Source: Eledone cirrhosa
Lineage: Eukaryota
Direction: 5' to 3'
Length of the DNA stretch: 64,000 bases
Assembly (NCBI GenBank): GCA_964016885.1
Contig: OZ024748.1
Coordinates: 34,968,001-35,032,000 of the forward strand
Made by a program: the position numbers and the translations under genes. Positions 1 through 16,760 of the stretch are shown here, one piece after another (position 1 is the first letter of the stretch; the number at the start of each line of letters is the position of its first letter). The notes beneath the pieces are model-generated. The model saw only the letters and a list, made by a program, of their open reading frames with translations, was not told the origin of the DNA and made no database searches.

Positions 1-245
<245 letters not shown>

Positions 246-1822
246 TATTTCATTTCATTTCATTTCATTTGAGTTTGAGTCCATGCTCAGGCCAAGTCGA
301 AGACTCCACCCTCAGAGTCTGGTGTGGTTGCCAGGTTGGATTCTCTGTTTAATTTTGACATGTGTAGGAGCGAGTTTGAGTCAGTTGTGCTCGTTGTGTA
401 TATCCTGGGAGATGGGGTTCATCTCTAATGGTGCTTAAGTATCTATCCAGCTGCAATTTGAATGATTCCACACTGCATCCTGATAGATTTCTGACATGTA
501 CCTGAATGGAGTTGAATAGTTGTGCCCCTCGAACCAACAGACTTGACTCTCGCAGGGTTTTTGCTGCCTGGCCAGCCTTTTTGTTGATTGGTGGTAGCTG
601 GCAGCATCTTCCGTGGCGCAGTGAGTGGTAGGTTTTGATACCAATGTTTGGCACCTTTTGCTCTATCATTTTCCAAATGTATATAATTCGGTATCGCTCA
701 AATCTTCTTTCTATTGAGTACATCTTCAAGGTTTTGAGTCTTTGCCAATAGTCCAGGTCCCTCGTTTCTGAGAAGTATGAGGTAAAATTTCTTTGGAGCG
801 ATTCCATCTTAGATAGTTGGCCCTTTGTTGTTGGTGACCACAACTGAGAACAGTAGTCAATCCTCGGAAGTATCATACTGTTCCAGAGGGTTTTCATTGT
901 TGAGGTATCTCTTGATTTGAAGGTGCGCAAGATCCACCCGCTGTACTTTCTTGCAGTAAGACAGACTGAGTCAAGGTGTTCTCTGAATTTTAGGCTGGTT
1001 CCCATGTGGATGCCTAAATCTTTCACACACTGTTTTTCCATTATTTGTTGTCCTGATGGGTTTCTGTAGTTTGTTGTATTTTTCAGATCTTGATCTGTTC
1101 CGTAGCGAATTAGTTCAAACTTCTTATCATTGAACAACATGTTGTTTGTTTCCTGCCATTTGTATATGGTGGTTAGGTCCTTTTGTAAGGCCTCTGTATC
1201 CACCTTGTCTTTGATTTGTCTCATGACCCTGGTGTCATCAGCAAAGGATGAGACGTTGCTGGTTGTATCTTCATCTATGTCAGAGATGAGGATGAGAAAC
1301 AGGATCGGGCCGAGTACTGTACCCTGAGGAACACTGCTGGTCACAGGTGATGGTGTTGAATGGGTTCCATTCACAGTGACTGTTTGAGTTCTATTTGTAA
1401 GGAACTCATGTATCCATGTACCAACTTTTCCTCTTACTCCTAGCTTTCGAAGTTTGTGTCCCAGGATGCCATGATCTACCTTGTCAAATGCCTTGGCAAA
1501 GTCGAGGTAAATAACATCTGTGTTGTATCCATTCTCTAGATTTTCTAGGATTTGGTCATGGTGTGCCAGTAGTTGGGAAAGACATGATCTACCTAACCTG
1601 AATCCATGCTGATTGCAATTCATCAGATTGTTGGATTCCAGGAACTCAACCAGTTTTCCACGAACTATTCTTTGAAGACCTTGATAATGTGTGATGTCAG
1701 TGAGATTGGTCGGTAGTTCTTTGGTTTTGATTTGCTGTCCCCTTTATGTATTGGAGTTATGTGTGCTTCTTTATATGTATTTGGTATTTTGCCATTCTCC
1801 ATAGATTCCTTCCATATCATGT
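246..1822 (-). mobile_element. 5'-truncated CR1/L2-group LINE (family 1): RT domain, 3'UTR and (TGAAA)n tail
   Basis: ORF 349-1623 has [22 protein letters not shown] and FADDT motifs. The upstream frame (1665-1822) has [15 protein letters not shown] and is joined by a 1-nt frameshift near 1670. The tail reads (tttca)n at 247-270. Both ends lie in (TA)n. Confidence 0.93.
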
Positions 1823-3686
<1,864 letters not shown>

Positions 3687-3771
3687 ACTTTGAATAACTT
3701 TGAAATGTTTTGGCCAGTATTGGCCCAGGCCATGTCTAACTTAATAGCACCACCTGGCGAAGTCTTTCAAT

Positions 3772-6700
3772 TCAGGATTTGGGCACCATGGCCCATTCGA
3801 GAAGAGAATTACTGTTTGCGGAGACATATCCGGGTGTGGGTGGTTTGTCCGGGATTACTTGGAGGAATTTGTCCAAAGACTTCTTGAATTTTGTGTGGTC
3901 AGTTTCTGTTTTGACGTGTCCTGGTGTGATGTTGAAGAGAGCAGGGCCGATTGAGGTGAAATAATTGTGCCGTATTGTTGTTATGAGTTGCGATTTAGAT
4001 TTTTGAATGGGACGGATAGCACGGGGCCCAAGCCTTGGGTGTATCTTGAAGGCGATGCCAACATCATTTGGGCAGTGATGATGGAACATTTTCCACATCA
4101 TGCAGATAATATAACGCTCACGGCGACGTTGGAGTGAGTAAAGTTTCAGGTTTTCTAATCGACCCCAGTAGTCAAGGTCTGACATGCCATCTATCTTTTT
4201 TGTGATTGCCCTTTGAGGAGCTTCAAGTTTCATGATACTTTGTTTCGTGTGGGGAGACCACAGTGGACAACAGTATTCAAGGTGTGGTAGGGCAAAAGTA
4301 GAGAAGAGAAGTATAATGGTGCGGGAATCTCTCGACTGGAAGGTTCTGAGGATCCAGGAACACATTCTGCGGGCCATGTCAACTTTGCTGCTTATATGCG
4401 TGGTCCAGCTTATGTTGCTGTCCACGGTTACTCCCAAGTCTCTGATGTTGTTAGATGCCACGAGAGTTTCCCCTGAGGGAAGGGAGTACCGGAGTTTCAG
4501 AGCATCCTCTTTTCCAAAGTGGATCAGTTCGAATTTGTCTTCGTTCAGTAACATGTTGTTCTTTTCTGCCCATTGGGTAACAGCCAGTAGGTCTGACTGA
4601 AGGCTTATCCGGTCATCCACGCCATTGATGACCTTTTGGAGCTTGGAATCATCAGCGAAAATTTTAATGTTGCTGTGTTTGATGATGTCAGTGATGTCAT
4701 TAATATAGATGATGAAGAGAAGTGGGCCCAACACAGTGCCTTGTGGGACCCCACTACTGACTTTGGCTGGGCTTGATTTGACTCCCTCAACTACAACATG
4801 TTGGGTTCTGTTTGACAGGAAGCTCTTGATCCACTGCAGCAGCTTTCCAGTGACACCAATATTGGACAGCTTTCTCAGTAGAATGTTATGATCAACCCTG
4901 TCAAAGGCCTTGCTGAAATCAAGGTAGATAACATCAGTGTTGGAACCCTCTCCCAAGGCTCTCAAAATGTCATCAAAGTGATGCAGTAGCTGCGTCAGGC
5001 AATCCCTTCCATTACGGAATCCATGCTGGTTGGAGTTCAGCATATTGTTACTCTCAAGGAAGTGGGTCATTCGCGATCTCACCACTCGCTCAAATACCTT
5101 AATGATATGAGAGGTGAGTGAGATTGGACGGTAATTCACGGCAAGGGATTTGTTTCCCTTTTTGAAAACTGGGACAACAGACTGGGATAGAAGGTTTTCT
5201 GGCACATATCCAGCATCCAGTGAGTTCCGCCACAGATTGGCAAGAGGAGATGCAAGTTGGTGTTGACACGCCTTCAAGACACAAGCAGGGAACCTATCGG
5301 GACCTACTGCTGAATTATGCTTGATTTCCTTTATTGCCGCCAAGACATCAGGGGCGCCAAACGTTATGTCCGATAAGGTGTAATGGGGAGTAACATCGCC
5401 GATACAGCCCAGATCGGCCATATCAGGATTGCTGAAAACAGAGCAGTATTGTTTCTGCAGTATCTCACCCATGGTTTTAGCATTGTCTTGAAGAGTGCCA
5501 TTTTCATCAATTAGAGGGCCAACAGTAGAGCCAGTGATTTTGTGTTTTTTTGCAAATGAAAAGAACACTTTGGGATTGAGTTTGATCTTCTCAATGGCCC
5601 AGGCCTCTTCAGCTCTTCTCTGATTGTTGATGAGGGACATTATGTTGTTTTGGAGGTTATGTTTTTTAATCTCTAGTGATGAAATGGCAGTCAAGTTGAT
5701 GTGTTGCTGCTGACAGTATTTCAGCTTGTTGATTTTTTTGTTCGTTCTCTTAATTTTTCTGATGAGCGTTTTTCTATTTCTAAGGATTCTGCTCTTAGAT
5801 TTGTTTATAGTTCTTAATGGGGTGTGTTTAGCACATATGTTTGTAACAGTGTCCACAAATGTCTGCCAGGACTTTTTGATGTTAGTGGGTGTATGAGTGT
5901 GCGTGAAGGACCAGTCGACATGTGCAAGATCATGACTGATCGCTTCCCAGTTTGCATTGTGGAAATCCATAGCGTCAAACGGATGGACAGGAGAGATGAC
6001 ATTGGGTTTGTATATTGGACGGTGGAATCTCAGATCACAGAGAACCATGTCATGATCAGAGAGTAGAGTTTTCTCCACTGCAATATTGTGGATATTGTCA
6101 GTGTGATTGCTGAAAATTAAGTCTAGGACGTTTTTGTGGCACCTCGTTGGTTCGAGCACCAGTTGGGATAGGAAGAAATCATCCATGAAGTCAAGAAGCG
6201 ATTCCACAGCTTCCCTGTCAGAGGTTGGGGCAGAAGAACCTGGTGGCAGGCTGTTTGTGGACCAGTCAACTCCGGGGAGGTTGAAGTCCCCCATCATTAA
6301 GATGTTGTCAGGGTGACACTCTTGGATGAAACACTTTATGCTGTTGAGGCATTCCTTGAAGCATGGTACAGGCGTTTGGGGTGGCCTATAGAGCCCAACT
6401 ACTAATAGGTTGTTGGTTTGACTGAATACAGTGACTGCTTCACAGTATCCATTAGTGAATATGTTCATAGCCTCTGTTGAGAAAGAATTATGGACATAAA
6501 TGGCAGTTCCGCCCTTTCTTCTGCCAGCGCGATCAGCACGGATGGCTTTGAAATTTTTCACTTTCACCTCGGCTTCCAAGTGGAGGTTACTGAGATGGGT
6601 TTCAGTGAGGACAAAGAAAGGGATGTGGTTTGGATGGACATCAATCCAGTCCTCCACGAATTTGATCTTCCATTTTTGAGTATTGGTGGAAGGGCTGATG

Positions 6701-6792
6701 CCTTGGGCGTTAAGCAAAAATGTAGAGGCGAGAGTGGATGGTTTTAATTGTTTTGGTGTGTTGTTAATTTGTTTGTTTGTTAATGGCAGCAA
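3772..6792 (-). CDS. LINE ORF2: APE endonuclease + reverse transcriptase (uninterrupted, ~1000 aa, no N-terminal AUG)
   Basis: APE motifs LTETHL, GGTAIY, GLYRPP, MGDFNLP, LDLIF and SDH. RT motifs [28 protein letters not shown] and FADDS. The frame stays open upstream to ~6909. Confidence 0.95.
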   Translation of the reverse strand: MLPLTNKQINNTPKQLKPSTLASTFLLNAQGISPSTNTQKWKIKFVEDWIDVHPNHIPFFVLTETHLSNLHLEAEVKVKNFKAIRADRAGRRKGGTAIYVHNSFSTEAMNIFTNGYCEAVTVFSQTNNLLVVGLYRPPQTPVPCFKECLNSIKCFIQECHPDNILMMGDFNLPGVDWSTNSLPPGSSAPTSDREAVESLLDFMDDFFLSQLVLEPTRCHKNVLDLIFSNHTDNIHNIAVEKTLLSDHDMVLCDLRFHRPIYKPNVISPVHPFDAMDFHNANWEAISHDLAHVDWSFTHTHTPTNIKKSWQTFVDTVTNICAKHTPLRTINKSKSRILRNRKTLIRKIKRTNKKINKLKYCQQQHINLTAISSLEIKKHNLQNNIMSLINNQRRAEEAWAIEKIKLNPKVFFSFAKKHKITGSTVGPLIDENGTLQDNAKTMGEILQKQYCSVFSNPDMADLGCIGDVTPHYTLSDITFGAPDVLAAIKEIKHNSAVGPDRFPACVLKACQHQLASPLANLWRNSLDAGYVPENLLSQSVVPVFKKGNKSLAVNYRPISLTSHIIKVFERVVRSRMTHFLESNNMLNSNQHGFRNGRDCLTQLLHHFDDILRALGEGSNTDVIYLDFSKAFDRVDHNILLRKLSNIGVTGKLLQWIKSFLSNRTQHVVVEGVKSSPAKVSSGVPQGTVLGPLLFIIYINDITDIIKHSNIKIFADDSKLQKVINGVDDRISLQSDLLAVTQWAEKNNMLLNEDKFELIHFGKEDALKLRYSLPSGETLVASNNIRDLGVTVDSNISWTTHISSKVDMARRMCSWILRTFQSRDSRTIILLFSTFALPHLEYCCPLWSPHTKQSIMKLEAPQRAITKKIDGMSDLDYWGRLENLKLYSLQRRRERYIICMMWKMFHHHCPNDVGIAFKIHPRLGPRAIRPIQKSKSQLITTIRHNYFTSIGPALFNITPGHVKTETDHTKFKKSLDKFLQVIPDKPPTPGYVSANSNSLLEWAMVPKS

Positions 6793-7927
6793 TGGGAGTT
6801 TGTGCAGTGGGGTGATAGTGGAGGGTGGTGCTGGGTGATAGCTCGAATGTTTTTTTCCAGTTCTTTTGCCAGATTCATTATGGCTAAAAAAGAGGAAGAA
6901 GTTTCCTGTTTAGAAGACTGTTGGTGACTGTGGTAGTGGTTATTTTTATGTAGGTTATGGTTTTTGTTTTTGCTTTTGTTTTTAATTTTATTTTCATTTG
7001 TCCGACGGGTCCCCGGGAGATGGGTAAAGGGACAATCCCGGTCTAAACACAATCTGTCTCGCAGGGAAAAACGGCAGATTTGTGGATTCCTTGTTTGAGT
7101 TATTGGTGGTTGTGTTGGTGTTAAATTAGAGTATGTATTATGGTGGTGGCTGTTTGTGGGGATAGATCGTTTTGTCCTAGGTAAATGGGTGAATTTGCAG
7201 CCACTATCCGTACATATTCTATAGCGTAGAGAGTAGCGGCAAATGATGGGGTTTCGAGTGGGTGGGTATGTGTGTGTGTGTGTGTTGTGAGAGGTGTAGA
7301 TGATGGTTTGGGTAGGATTTGACGACCTTTGTGGACTGTGGGAGGGAGAGTTCTTGTTCTGGTATTAGAAGGTAAATTCCTTGACATAGCAGTAGACAAA
7401 AATGTTGTAGTAGTAGTAGTAGTAGGCAGAGATGTTGGCAGTGGTGATGATTGGACTGCTGGGCCAGAGAAAGGATGTGGCGTTTCATGCTGTGAGACAG
7501 AGGCTACTGGGGGGTCAATAGTTTCATTTAGTAGATCGGCCATTGTTGATGAATCAAGGAGTGGTTCACACTGTTGTTGTCGTTGTTGTTGTTGTTGCTG
7601 TTGTTGATGTTGTTGTTGTAGCTGTTGTTGTTGTTGCTGTTGTAGCTGCTGTTGTTGTTGTTGCTGCTGCTGGACAGCATTCGAAGAGAAAACACACCGT
7701 AGTTTATCCAAATGTTTGATTAATTTAAAAGCAATTTCGATTTGCTTTAATTTATTTTGAATCTGTTGTTCAGATCGAGTTTTCAAAAATTGAACTGTAC
7801 GTTTAGCAATGTCGTTCAGAGATGAAGCATGTATGTCTTCTGTTTGGGAAAGGCAATGCCATGTGTTTATTAGAATGTTGATTTCATTATCAGACCAGTT
7901 CTGTTTGGATTTTTGCTGGTTAGCCAT
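6780..7927 (-). CDS. LINE ORF1 (reconstructed): Myb/SANT-like N-terminus, polyQ, two CCCH zinc fingers; frameshifted at a (CA)n run near 7270-7283
   Basis: N-terminus reads NWSDNEINILINTW...RSEQQIQNKLKQI. Removing one CA unit joins it to ICRYSLRYRICTDSGCKFTH and ICRFSLRDRLCLDRDCPFTH, and then to the 6780-7052 ORF. Confidence 0.8.
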
Positions 7928-8117
7928 TCTAGTTTTGAGTGTGTGTGTGTTTTAGTTAAGTATTTCAATATATATATTTTTTTTAAATTTATTTTTGATT
8001 TATTTTTGTTTTTTGTTTTTCTTGTGTGTGAGTGAGAAGAGTATATATATAAATATGAGTATATATATATGTATATTCTGGTTATTTGAAATTAATTAAG
8101 TTAATGAAAAGACGAAT

Positions 8118-9000
<883 letters not shown>

Positions 9001-9387
9001 TAATATATAAGATCAAAAGATGGTTAAAGGAGTTCCATGTATTTTATTATGCGCATTTCAAAAACAAACATCATCATGCAATAATAATATGTGTTTTCAT
9101 CAGATAAAACAGGAGGACATGATATGAAGGCTTAAACCAACATATCACTATCCACAAGTGTTTTTTAGCCTTCATATCATGTCCTCCTGTTTTATCTGAT
9201 GAAAACACAAATATTATTATTGCATGATGATGCTTGTTTTTGAAATGCGCATAATAAAATACATGGAACTCCTTTAACCATCTTTTGATCTTATATATTA
9301 TGTATACTCCGGTTCTACAAACTGTAGAGTGCTTCTTATCCGATATCTGCATTGCTTTATTGTACTACAATAAAACTCACCTCCTAC
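9001..9387 (+). mobile_element. PLE-type fold-back cassette (arms ~9001-9132 and 9168-9300, tail 9301-9387)
   Basis: Near-perfect ~132-bp inverted repeat containing a hammerhead motif, flanked by (TA)n. Confidence 0.8.
9188..9263 (+). ncRNA. Type I hammerhead ribozyme motif
   Basis: ttttat-CTGATGA-aaac...gtttt-t-GAAA-tgcgca-TA-ataaaa, with a palindromic stem III. A mirror copy lies on the - strand at ~9038-9111. Confidence 0.8.
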
Positions 9388-9420
9388 ATATGTATATATA
9401 TATATATATGTATTTATGTA

Positions 9421-9471
<51 letters not shown>

Positions 9472-9473
<2 letters not shown>

Positions 9474-9737
9474 ATGTGTTGTTTCCTTGAGCAAGACACT
9501 TTATTTCACATTGCTCCAGTTTACTCAGCTGTAGAAATGAGATGATAGGGACTGAGTTCCCTATCATTCCACTGCAAAGTGGTCGTGGCGGTGCCACGGC
9601 AAAAAAGCACCCAGCACTCACTGTAAATGAGGTTGGTGTTAGGAAGGGCATCCAGCTGTAGAAATCAAGCCAGAAGCAGTTCCCGTCCCACCCTTGCTCG
9701 CAAGGAAAAGTGGACGTAAAATGATGATGATGATGAT
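9472..9737 (+). mobile_element. CORE-type SINE with RTE-derived tail (5'-truncated)
   Basis: CORE-like tccttgagcaagacacttt...cagtttactcagctgtagaaatgag, ending ggacgtaaaa(tga)n. Same family as 50453-50793. Confidence 0.85.
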
Positions 9738-9827
9738 ATATGTATATATATATATATTTATATATGTATGTATATATATATATGTATATGTCATCATCAT
9801 CGTTTAACGTCCATGTTCCAAGCTTGC

Positions 9828-9885
<58 letters not shown>

Positions 9886-10002
9886 ATGTATATGTATATA
9901 TATGTATATATATGTATATGTATATATATGTATATGTATATATATGTATATATATGTATTTATATATGTATATGTATATATATATGTATATGTATATATA
10001 TG

Positions 10003-10037
<35 letters not shown>

Positions 10038-10289
10038 GTATATATATGTATGTATATATATGTATATATATGTATATATATGTATATATATATGTATATA
10101 TGTATATATATGTATATATATGTATATGTATATATATGTATATGTATATATATGTATATGTATATGTATATATATGTATGTATATGTATGTATATATATG
10201 TATATGTATATGTATGTATATATATGTATATATATGTATATATATGTATATGTATATATATGTATGTATATATATATGTATATATATAC

Positions 10290-10336
<47 letters not shown>

Positions 10337-10339
<3 letters not shown>

Positions 10340-10466
10340 ATGCCCTAAGGACAGACACTGGTCTGTTGGAGATGCAGGATATGGCAGCGATAATGAATGA
10401 CAGAGACCGCTGGAGAGAACTCGTCCATGGATCTCGGGGAATTTTACCCGCCTTAGATAGATAGAT
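10337..10466 (+). mobile_element. Short 3' fragment of an RTE-like LINE with (AGAT)n tail
   Basis: Translates as VDALRTDTG...[11 protein letters not shown], a typical RTE C-terminus, followed by tagatagatagat. Confidence 0.6.
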
Positions 10467-10590
10467 ATGTATATATATATATGTATATATATATATATGT
10501 ATATATATGTATATATATCTCTCTATATATATATGTATATATATATCTCTCTATATATATATGTATATATATCTCTATATATGTATATAT

Positions 10591-10622
<32 letters not shown>

Positions 10623-10625
10623 GTA

Positions 10626-10672
<47 letters not shown>

Positions 10673-11011
10673 ATATATATGTATCTATATATATGTATCT
10701 ATATATATGTATATATATATATGTATATATATATGTATATATATATATGTATATATATATGTATATATATATATGTATATATATATGTATATATATGTAT
10801 ATATATATGTATATATATATATGTATATATATATGTATATATATGTATATATATATGTATATATATATATGTATATATATATATGTATATATATATATGT
10901 ATATATATATATATGTATGTATATATGTATATATATATGTATATATATATATGTATGTATATATGTATATATATATGTATATATATGTATGTATATATGT
11001 ATATATATATG

Positions 11012-11042
<31 letters not shown>

Positions 11043-11200
11043 GTATGTATATATGTATGTATATATGTATATATATATATGTATATATATATGTATATAT
11101 GTGTATACTTGTATATATATTATATATATATGTGTATATTTGTATATATATTATATATATATATGTATATATATATGTATATATATGTATATATATATGT

Positions 11201-12040
11201 CTAAAAATGAAAGGCAGGTTGTACGATGCCTGCATACGAACAGCAATGTTGCATGGCAGTGAGACCTGGGCATTGTGTGCAGAGGATATACGCAGACTAG
11301 AGAGGAACGAAGCTTGCATGCTCCGCTGGATGTGTAACAGTAATATACGTGAATGGCAAAGCATAAACGAACTAAGGAAAAAATTAGAAATAAAGGGGAT
11401 CAGATGTTGTTTACTCGAGAGAAGGCTACGTTGGTATGGACACGTGATGCGCATGAAAGTCGATAGCTGTATAACAAAGTGCAGGTCAATAAAGATAGAC
11501 GGTAGCCACGGAATAGGCAGACCTAGAAAAACCTGGGACGAGCTGATAAACTCCGACCTCACACACTTATACCTCTCCAAGACAATGTCACTGGACCGAG
11601 ACCTTTGGCGGTACTCAGTAACAGAGAAGACCCGCCTTACCTAAATACATAGTAAAACCTACTACAGCCGGTAGGCATCTCTAACAAAATACACCCCCCC
11701 CCCCCCGTCCCACCACCCCCAACCCATCCACGCCACCCCGTTCTATGTAAAGTTGTGTTGGTGCCACACCATCCAGGCCGAAACAAATGAGATCGTGTAG
11801 GTGTCACGACAAAAAAACACACAGTCCACGCTGTAATGTGGCCGTGTAGGCAACACGGTAAAAACCTCCCAGACCCACACTGTAAATGTGGTTGGTGTTA
11901 GGAAGGGCATCCAACTGGAGAAAACCTGCCAGACAGTCCTATGCGAGCAAGACAATCACTCTTGCCTCAAGTGGGACTACCCCTGTCCAAACCCATGCAA
12001 GCGTGGAACACGGACGTTAAACGTTGATGATGATGATGAT
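11201..12040 (+). mobile_element. 5'-truncated RTE LINE (family A) 3' end
   Basis: [11 protein letters not shown]...[12 protein letters not shown]...GRPRKTW; 3'UTR and (GAT)n tail; near-identical to 45545-46495. Confidence 0.92.
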
Positions 12041-12577
12041 ATATATGTATATATATATGTATATATATGTATATATATATGTATATATATATGTATATAT
12101 ATATGTATATATATGTGTATATATATGTATATATATGTATATATATATGTATATATATATGTGTATATATGTATATATATATGTGTATATATGTATATAT
12201 ATATGTGTATATATGTATATATGTATATATATATGTATATATGTATGTATATATGTATATATATGTATGTATATATGTATATATATGTATGTATATATGT
12301 ATATATATGTATGTATATATATGTATATATGTATATATATGTATGTATATATGTGTATATATGTATATATATGTATGTATATATGTATATGTATATATAT
12401 ATGTATATATATATATGTGTGTATATATATATGTGTGTGTATATATATATATATATGTATATGTATATATGTATATATTTATATATGTATATATATATAT
12501 ATGTATATGTATATATTTATATATGTATATATATATATATATATGTATATGTATATATTTATATATGTATATATTTA

Positions 12578-12608
<31 letters not shown>

Positions 12609-12619
12609 GTATATATTTA

Positions 12620-12650
<31 letters not shown>

Positions 12651-12712
12651 GTATATATTTATATATGTATATATTTATATATGTATATATACGTATATAT
12701 ATACATATATGT

Positions 12713-13050
12713 ATATGAAAGACGTAAAATAAGAAAATTATAAAAATTAACTTACTTACTAAAATTTCACTCCAACTAATTAGTTTCTGAAAGGGAATAA
12801 ACATAGTTTCCGAAGAAACGTACGTAGTCCATGCATCGCCTGGAAACTTAGCTGAGAATAGACTTCCCTGATGACGAAAGGCTTCTCCGTACGTTTCTTC
12901 GGAAACTATGTTTATTCCCTTTCAGAAACTAATTAGTTGGAGTGAAATTTTAGTAAGTAAGTTAATTTTTATAAATTTCTTATTTTACGTCTTTCATATT
13001 ATTGTTCAGCATCCCCATGCATTGAACCACAAAGTTACTAAGACAAAACC
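12713..13050 (+). mobile_element. PLE-type fold-back cassette (arms ~12713-12824 and 12888-12999, plus tail)
   Basis: ~110-bp inverted repeat set in (TA)n and containing a hammerhead motif. Confidence 0.75.
12862..12943 (+). ncRNA. Type I hammerhead ribozyme motif
   Basis: acttcc-CTGATGA-cgaaagg...cctttca-GAAA-ctaattag-TT-ggagt, with palindromic stem III (CTAATTAG). Confidence 0.7.
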
Positions 13051-13109
13051 TATATATTTGCTGGCATAAGTATGCATCTGTATATATATGTTAGTAGATA
13101 TACTAATTC

Positions 13110-13683
13110 TTTACATATATGTACATGTATATATACATATATATATATATATACATATATGTATATGTATATATACATATATGTATATGTATATATACAT
13201 ATATATATACATATGTATATATACATATATATATATATACATATATACATATATATATATGTATATATACATATATATATATATGTATATGTATATATAC
13301 ATATATATATATGTATATATACATATATATATATATGTATATGTATATATACATATATATATATATGTATATGTATATATACATATATATATATGTATAT
13401 ATACATATATATATATGTATATATACATATATATATGTATACATACATATATATATATGTATACATACATATATATATATGTATATATACATATATATAT
13501 ATATGTATATATACATATATATATATGTATATATATATGTATATATATGTATATATACATATATATATGTATATATACATATATATATGTATATATACAT
13601 ATATATATGTATATATACATATATATATGTATATATACATATATATATGTATATATACATATATATATGTATATATACATATA

Positions 13684-13729
<46 letters not shown>

Positions 13730-13731
13730 TA

Positions 13732-13803
<72 letters not shown>

Positions 13804-14740
13804 TATATATATGTATATATACATATATATATGTATATATACATATATATATGTATATATATATATGTATATATACATATATATATATGTATATATACAT
13901 ATATATATATGTATATATACATATATATATATGTATGTATACATATATATATGTATATATACATATATATATATGTATATATACATATATATATATGTAT
14001 ATATACATATATATATATGTATATATACATATATATATATGTATATATACATATATATATATATGTATATATACATATATATATATGTATATATACATAT
14101 ATATATATATACATATACATATATATATATGTATATATACATATATATATATACATATACATATATATATATGTATATATACATATATATATATGTATAT
14201 ATGTATATATATATATGTATATATACATATGTATATATATATATGTATATATACATATGTATATATATATATGTATATATACATATACATATATGTATAT
14301 ATACATATACATATATGTATATACATATATATATATATGTATATACATATCTATATATATGTATATACATATATATATATATATATGTATATACATATAT
14401 ATAGATATGTATATACATATATATATATATGTATATACATATATATAGATGTGTATATACATATATATATATGTGTATATACATATATATATGTATATAC
14501 ATATATATATATGTATATACATATATATATATGTATATATACATATATATATATGTATATATATATATGTATATATACATATATATATATGTATAGATAC
14601 ATATATATATATATGTATATATACATATGTATATATGTATATATATATATGTGTATATATACATATATATATATATGTATATATGTATATATATATATAT
14701 GTATATATGTATATATATATATATGTATATATACATATAT
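13110..14740. repeat. (TA)n-derived tract with ~20-24-nt higher-order unit atatatacatatatatatgt
   Basis: Direct reading; exact 20-nt periodicity around 13550-13700. Confidence 0.95.
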
Positions 14741-14825
14741 ATCATCATCATCATCATCATTTTACGTCTGCTTTTCCCTGCTTGCAAGGGTGGGACCATA
14801 TATAGTATATATATATATACATATA

Positions 14826-15450
14826 TAGTATTTTCCGTAGTGTTGTAATATGAATATTACACACAGTAGATGGACAGCTCACGTAGAGTTTGCTCGACGG
14901 TTCCAGTTGTAGTTTCAAAAGTAATCCGGAGAAAATAGAAGGATTTAAATGGATACAGTTCAGTTAAAAGGAATTTATTGACACGTGTTTCAATAACAGT
15001 TACATAACCTGAAAACAGCTGATATTTACAAAGTATTAATTATGCAGACACTCAATATTTCAATGTTATTATCAACTGTCATTTCATCAGAATAATTTTA
15101 TTGAGAACCTGTTCAGTTTTTATAGAGAATATTAAGAGGGAGGGGTGAAGTTTTTAGAAGAATAGTTAAGGGAGTGGATAGAGATTTTTTTGATAGCAGT
15201 GAGAATTTTTGGTAGCACAAAAAAATCTCTATCCACTCCCTTAACTATTCTTCTAAAAACTTCACCCCTCCCTCTTAATATTCTCTATAAAAACCAAACA
15301 GGTTCTCAATAAAATTATTCTGATGAAATATTGAGTGTCTGCATAATTAATACTTTGTAGATAGCAGCTGTTTTCAGGTTCTGTAACTGTTATTGAAACA
15401 CGTGTCAATAAATTCCTTTTAACTGAACTGTATCCATTTAAATCCTTCTA
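14826..15450 (-). mobile_element. PLE-type fold-back cassette (tail 14826-14935; arms ~14936-15192 and 15218-15450)
   Basis: ~240-bp inverted repeat with a hammerhead motif in both arms. Confidence 0.8.
15311..15415 (+). ncRNA. Type I hammerhead ribozyme motif (GUC site)
   Basis: aattatt-CTGATGA-aata...tatt-GAAA-cacgtg-TC-aataaatt. The mirror copy on the - strand (14972-15097) has a longer stem II (aatgacagt/actgttatt). Confidence 0.82.
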
Positions 15451-15481
15451 TATATATATATATATATACATATATATATAC

Positions 15482-15512
<31 letters not shown>

Positions 15513-15562
15513 CATATATTGTTATACTTTGGGAGGGTCATGTTGCCAAATTCAGAAACGAA

Positions 15563-15611
<49 letters not shown>

Positions 15612-15648
15612 TACATATATATATACATGCATATATATATATATATAC

Positions 15649-15679
<31 letters not shown>

Positions 15680-16726
15680 CATGTATATATACATATATAT
15701 ATATATACATATATATACATATATATATCTATATATACATATATATATATATATATATTATAGAAACACTTTAAACGTATATCGTTTGATTTGTCCAGGT
15801 GTATCTTTTTAACCTGTTAGTTTTTTCGTTACTTTGGTTATTGTGTGATTAGGTTTTGTCTACCACAATGTTCAATTTGTCATGCTATTCAAACGTATGT
15901 TATTACTCTCAGGACCTACCCTTATTGAGTGCTTTGCTAACTCATTCATATTGTAGGTCGACTTTGCTTGCCCATAGCCAAAGCTTCGATTTTACTAAGC
16001 TTCCGCTTGTCTGTATATATATATATATATGTCGAGAGAGAGAAGTATGTGTCTCATTGTATTCACTGCAAAAATGAGATAGTCACAGCTGGACTATTCA
16101 AACGACTGAAACCTGTAACTTCTTCATGCTCTTTTGTCCACAAGGAGTGCTTGGTGACCACACAATCTGGCTAGAAACAGCAGCTATAGCTCACACCTTA
16201 CTCTTAACCCTGTTTGTACCACCTGTCCAAAACCACACTTGATTCTATCATACAAAACCATTTATTTTGATAATTTTACATTTTCCACCAGAATTTTATG
16301 TCGGGAATGTTTGTTTTAAATAGCAACTTTAGTCATAAAAATAACATTAGTTATATTACAAAATCACTCCAAATTCTTGATTGTTTAAAAATAATACTAA
16401 AATCTCGTGGATAATATATTTTATTACAAATAAATTAACGAGACGGTTTAAATATTATTAAAAAAATATTTTTTAAAATGACAATGGTCACAGATGGAAA
16501 GTCTTAGATAATAAACCTGACAACATTGTCACCGACCACCACCGTAGATAGAAAGGTGATCATCACTCTCGGCTTACAATCCGGTATTCATTTCCAAAAG
16601 CAATTTCTTTACACTTATTGATAATGTCCTGCAGGGTATGTTAGTGGGTGGTGATATAAATATATCTTCCTATATAAACGCTTCATTGCTTCATCAAAAA
16701 TGATCTATCACTATTTGTGATTGGGT

Positions 16727-16760
<34 letters not shown>

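Larger units (their letters stand above)
3686..8117 (-). mobile_element. Apparently full-length CR1/L2-group LINE (family 2): 5'UTR, ORF1, ORF2, short 3'UTR, (TTCAAAGTTA) tail
   Basis: Two overlapping ORFs; ORF2 is intact; both ends abut (TA)n. Its 3' end matches the copy at 60209-60407. Confidence 0.92.
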
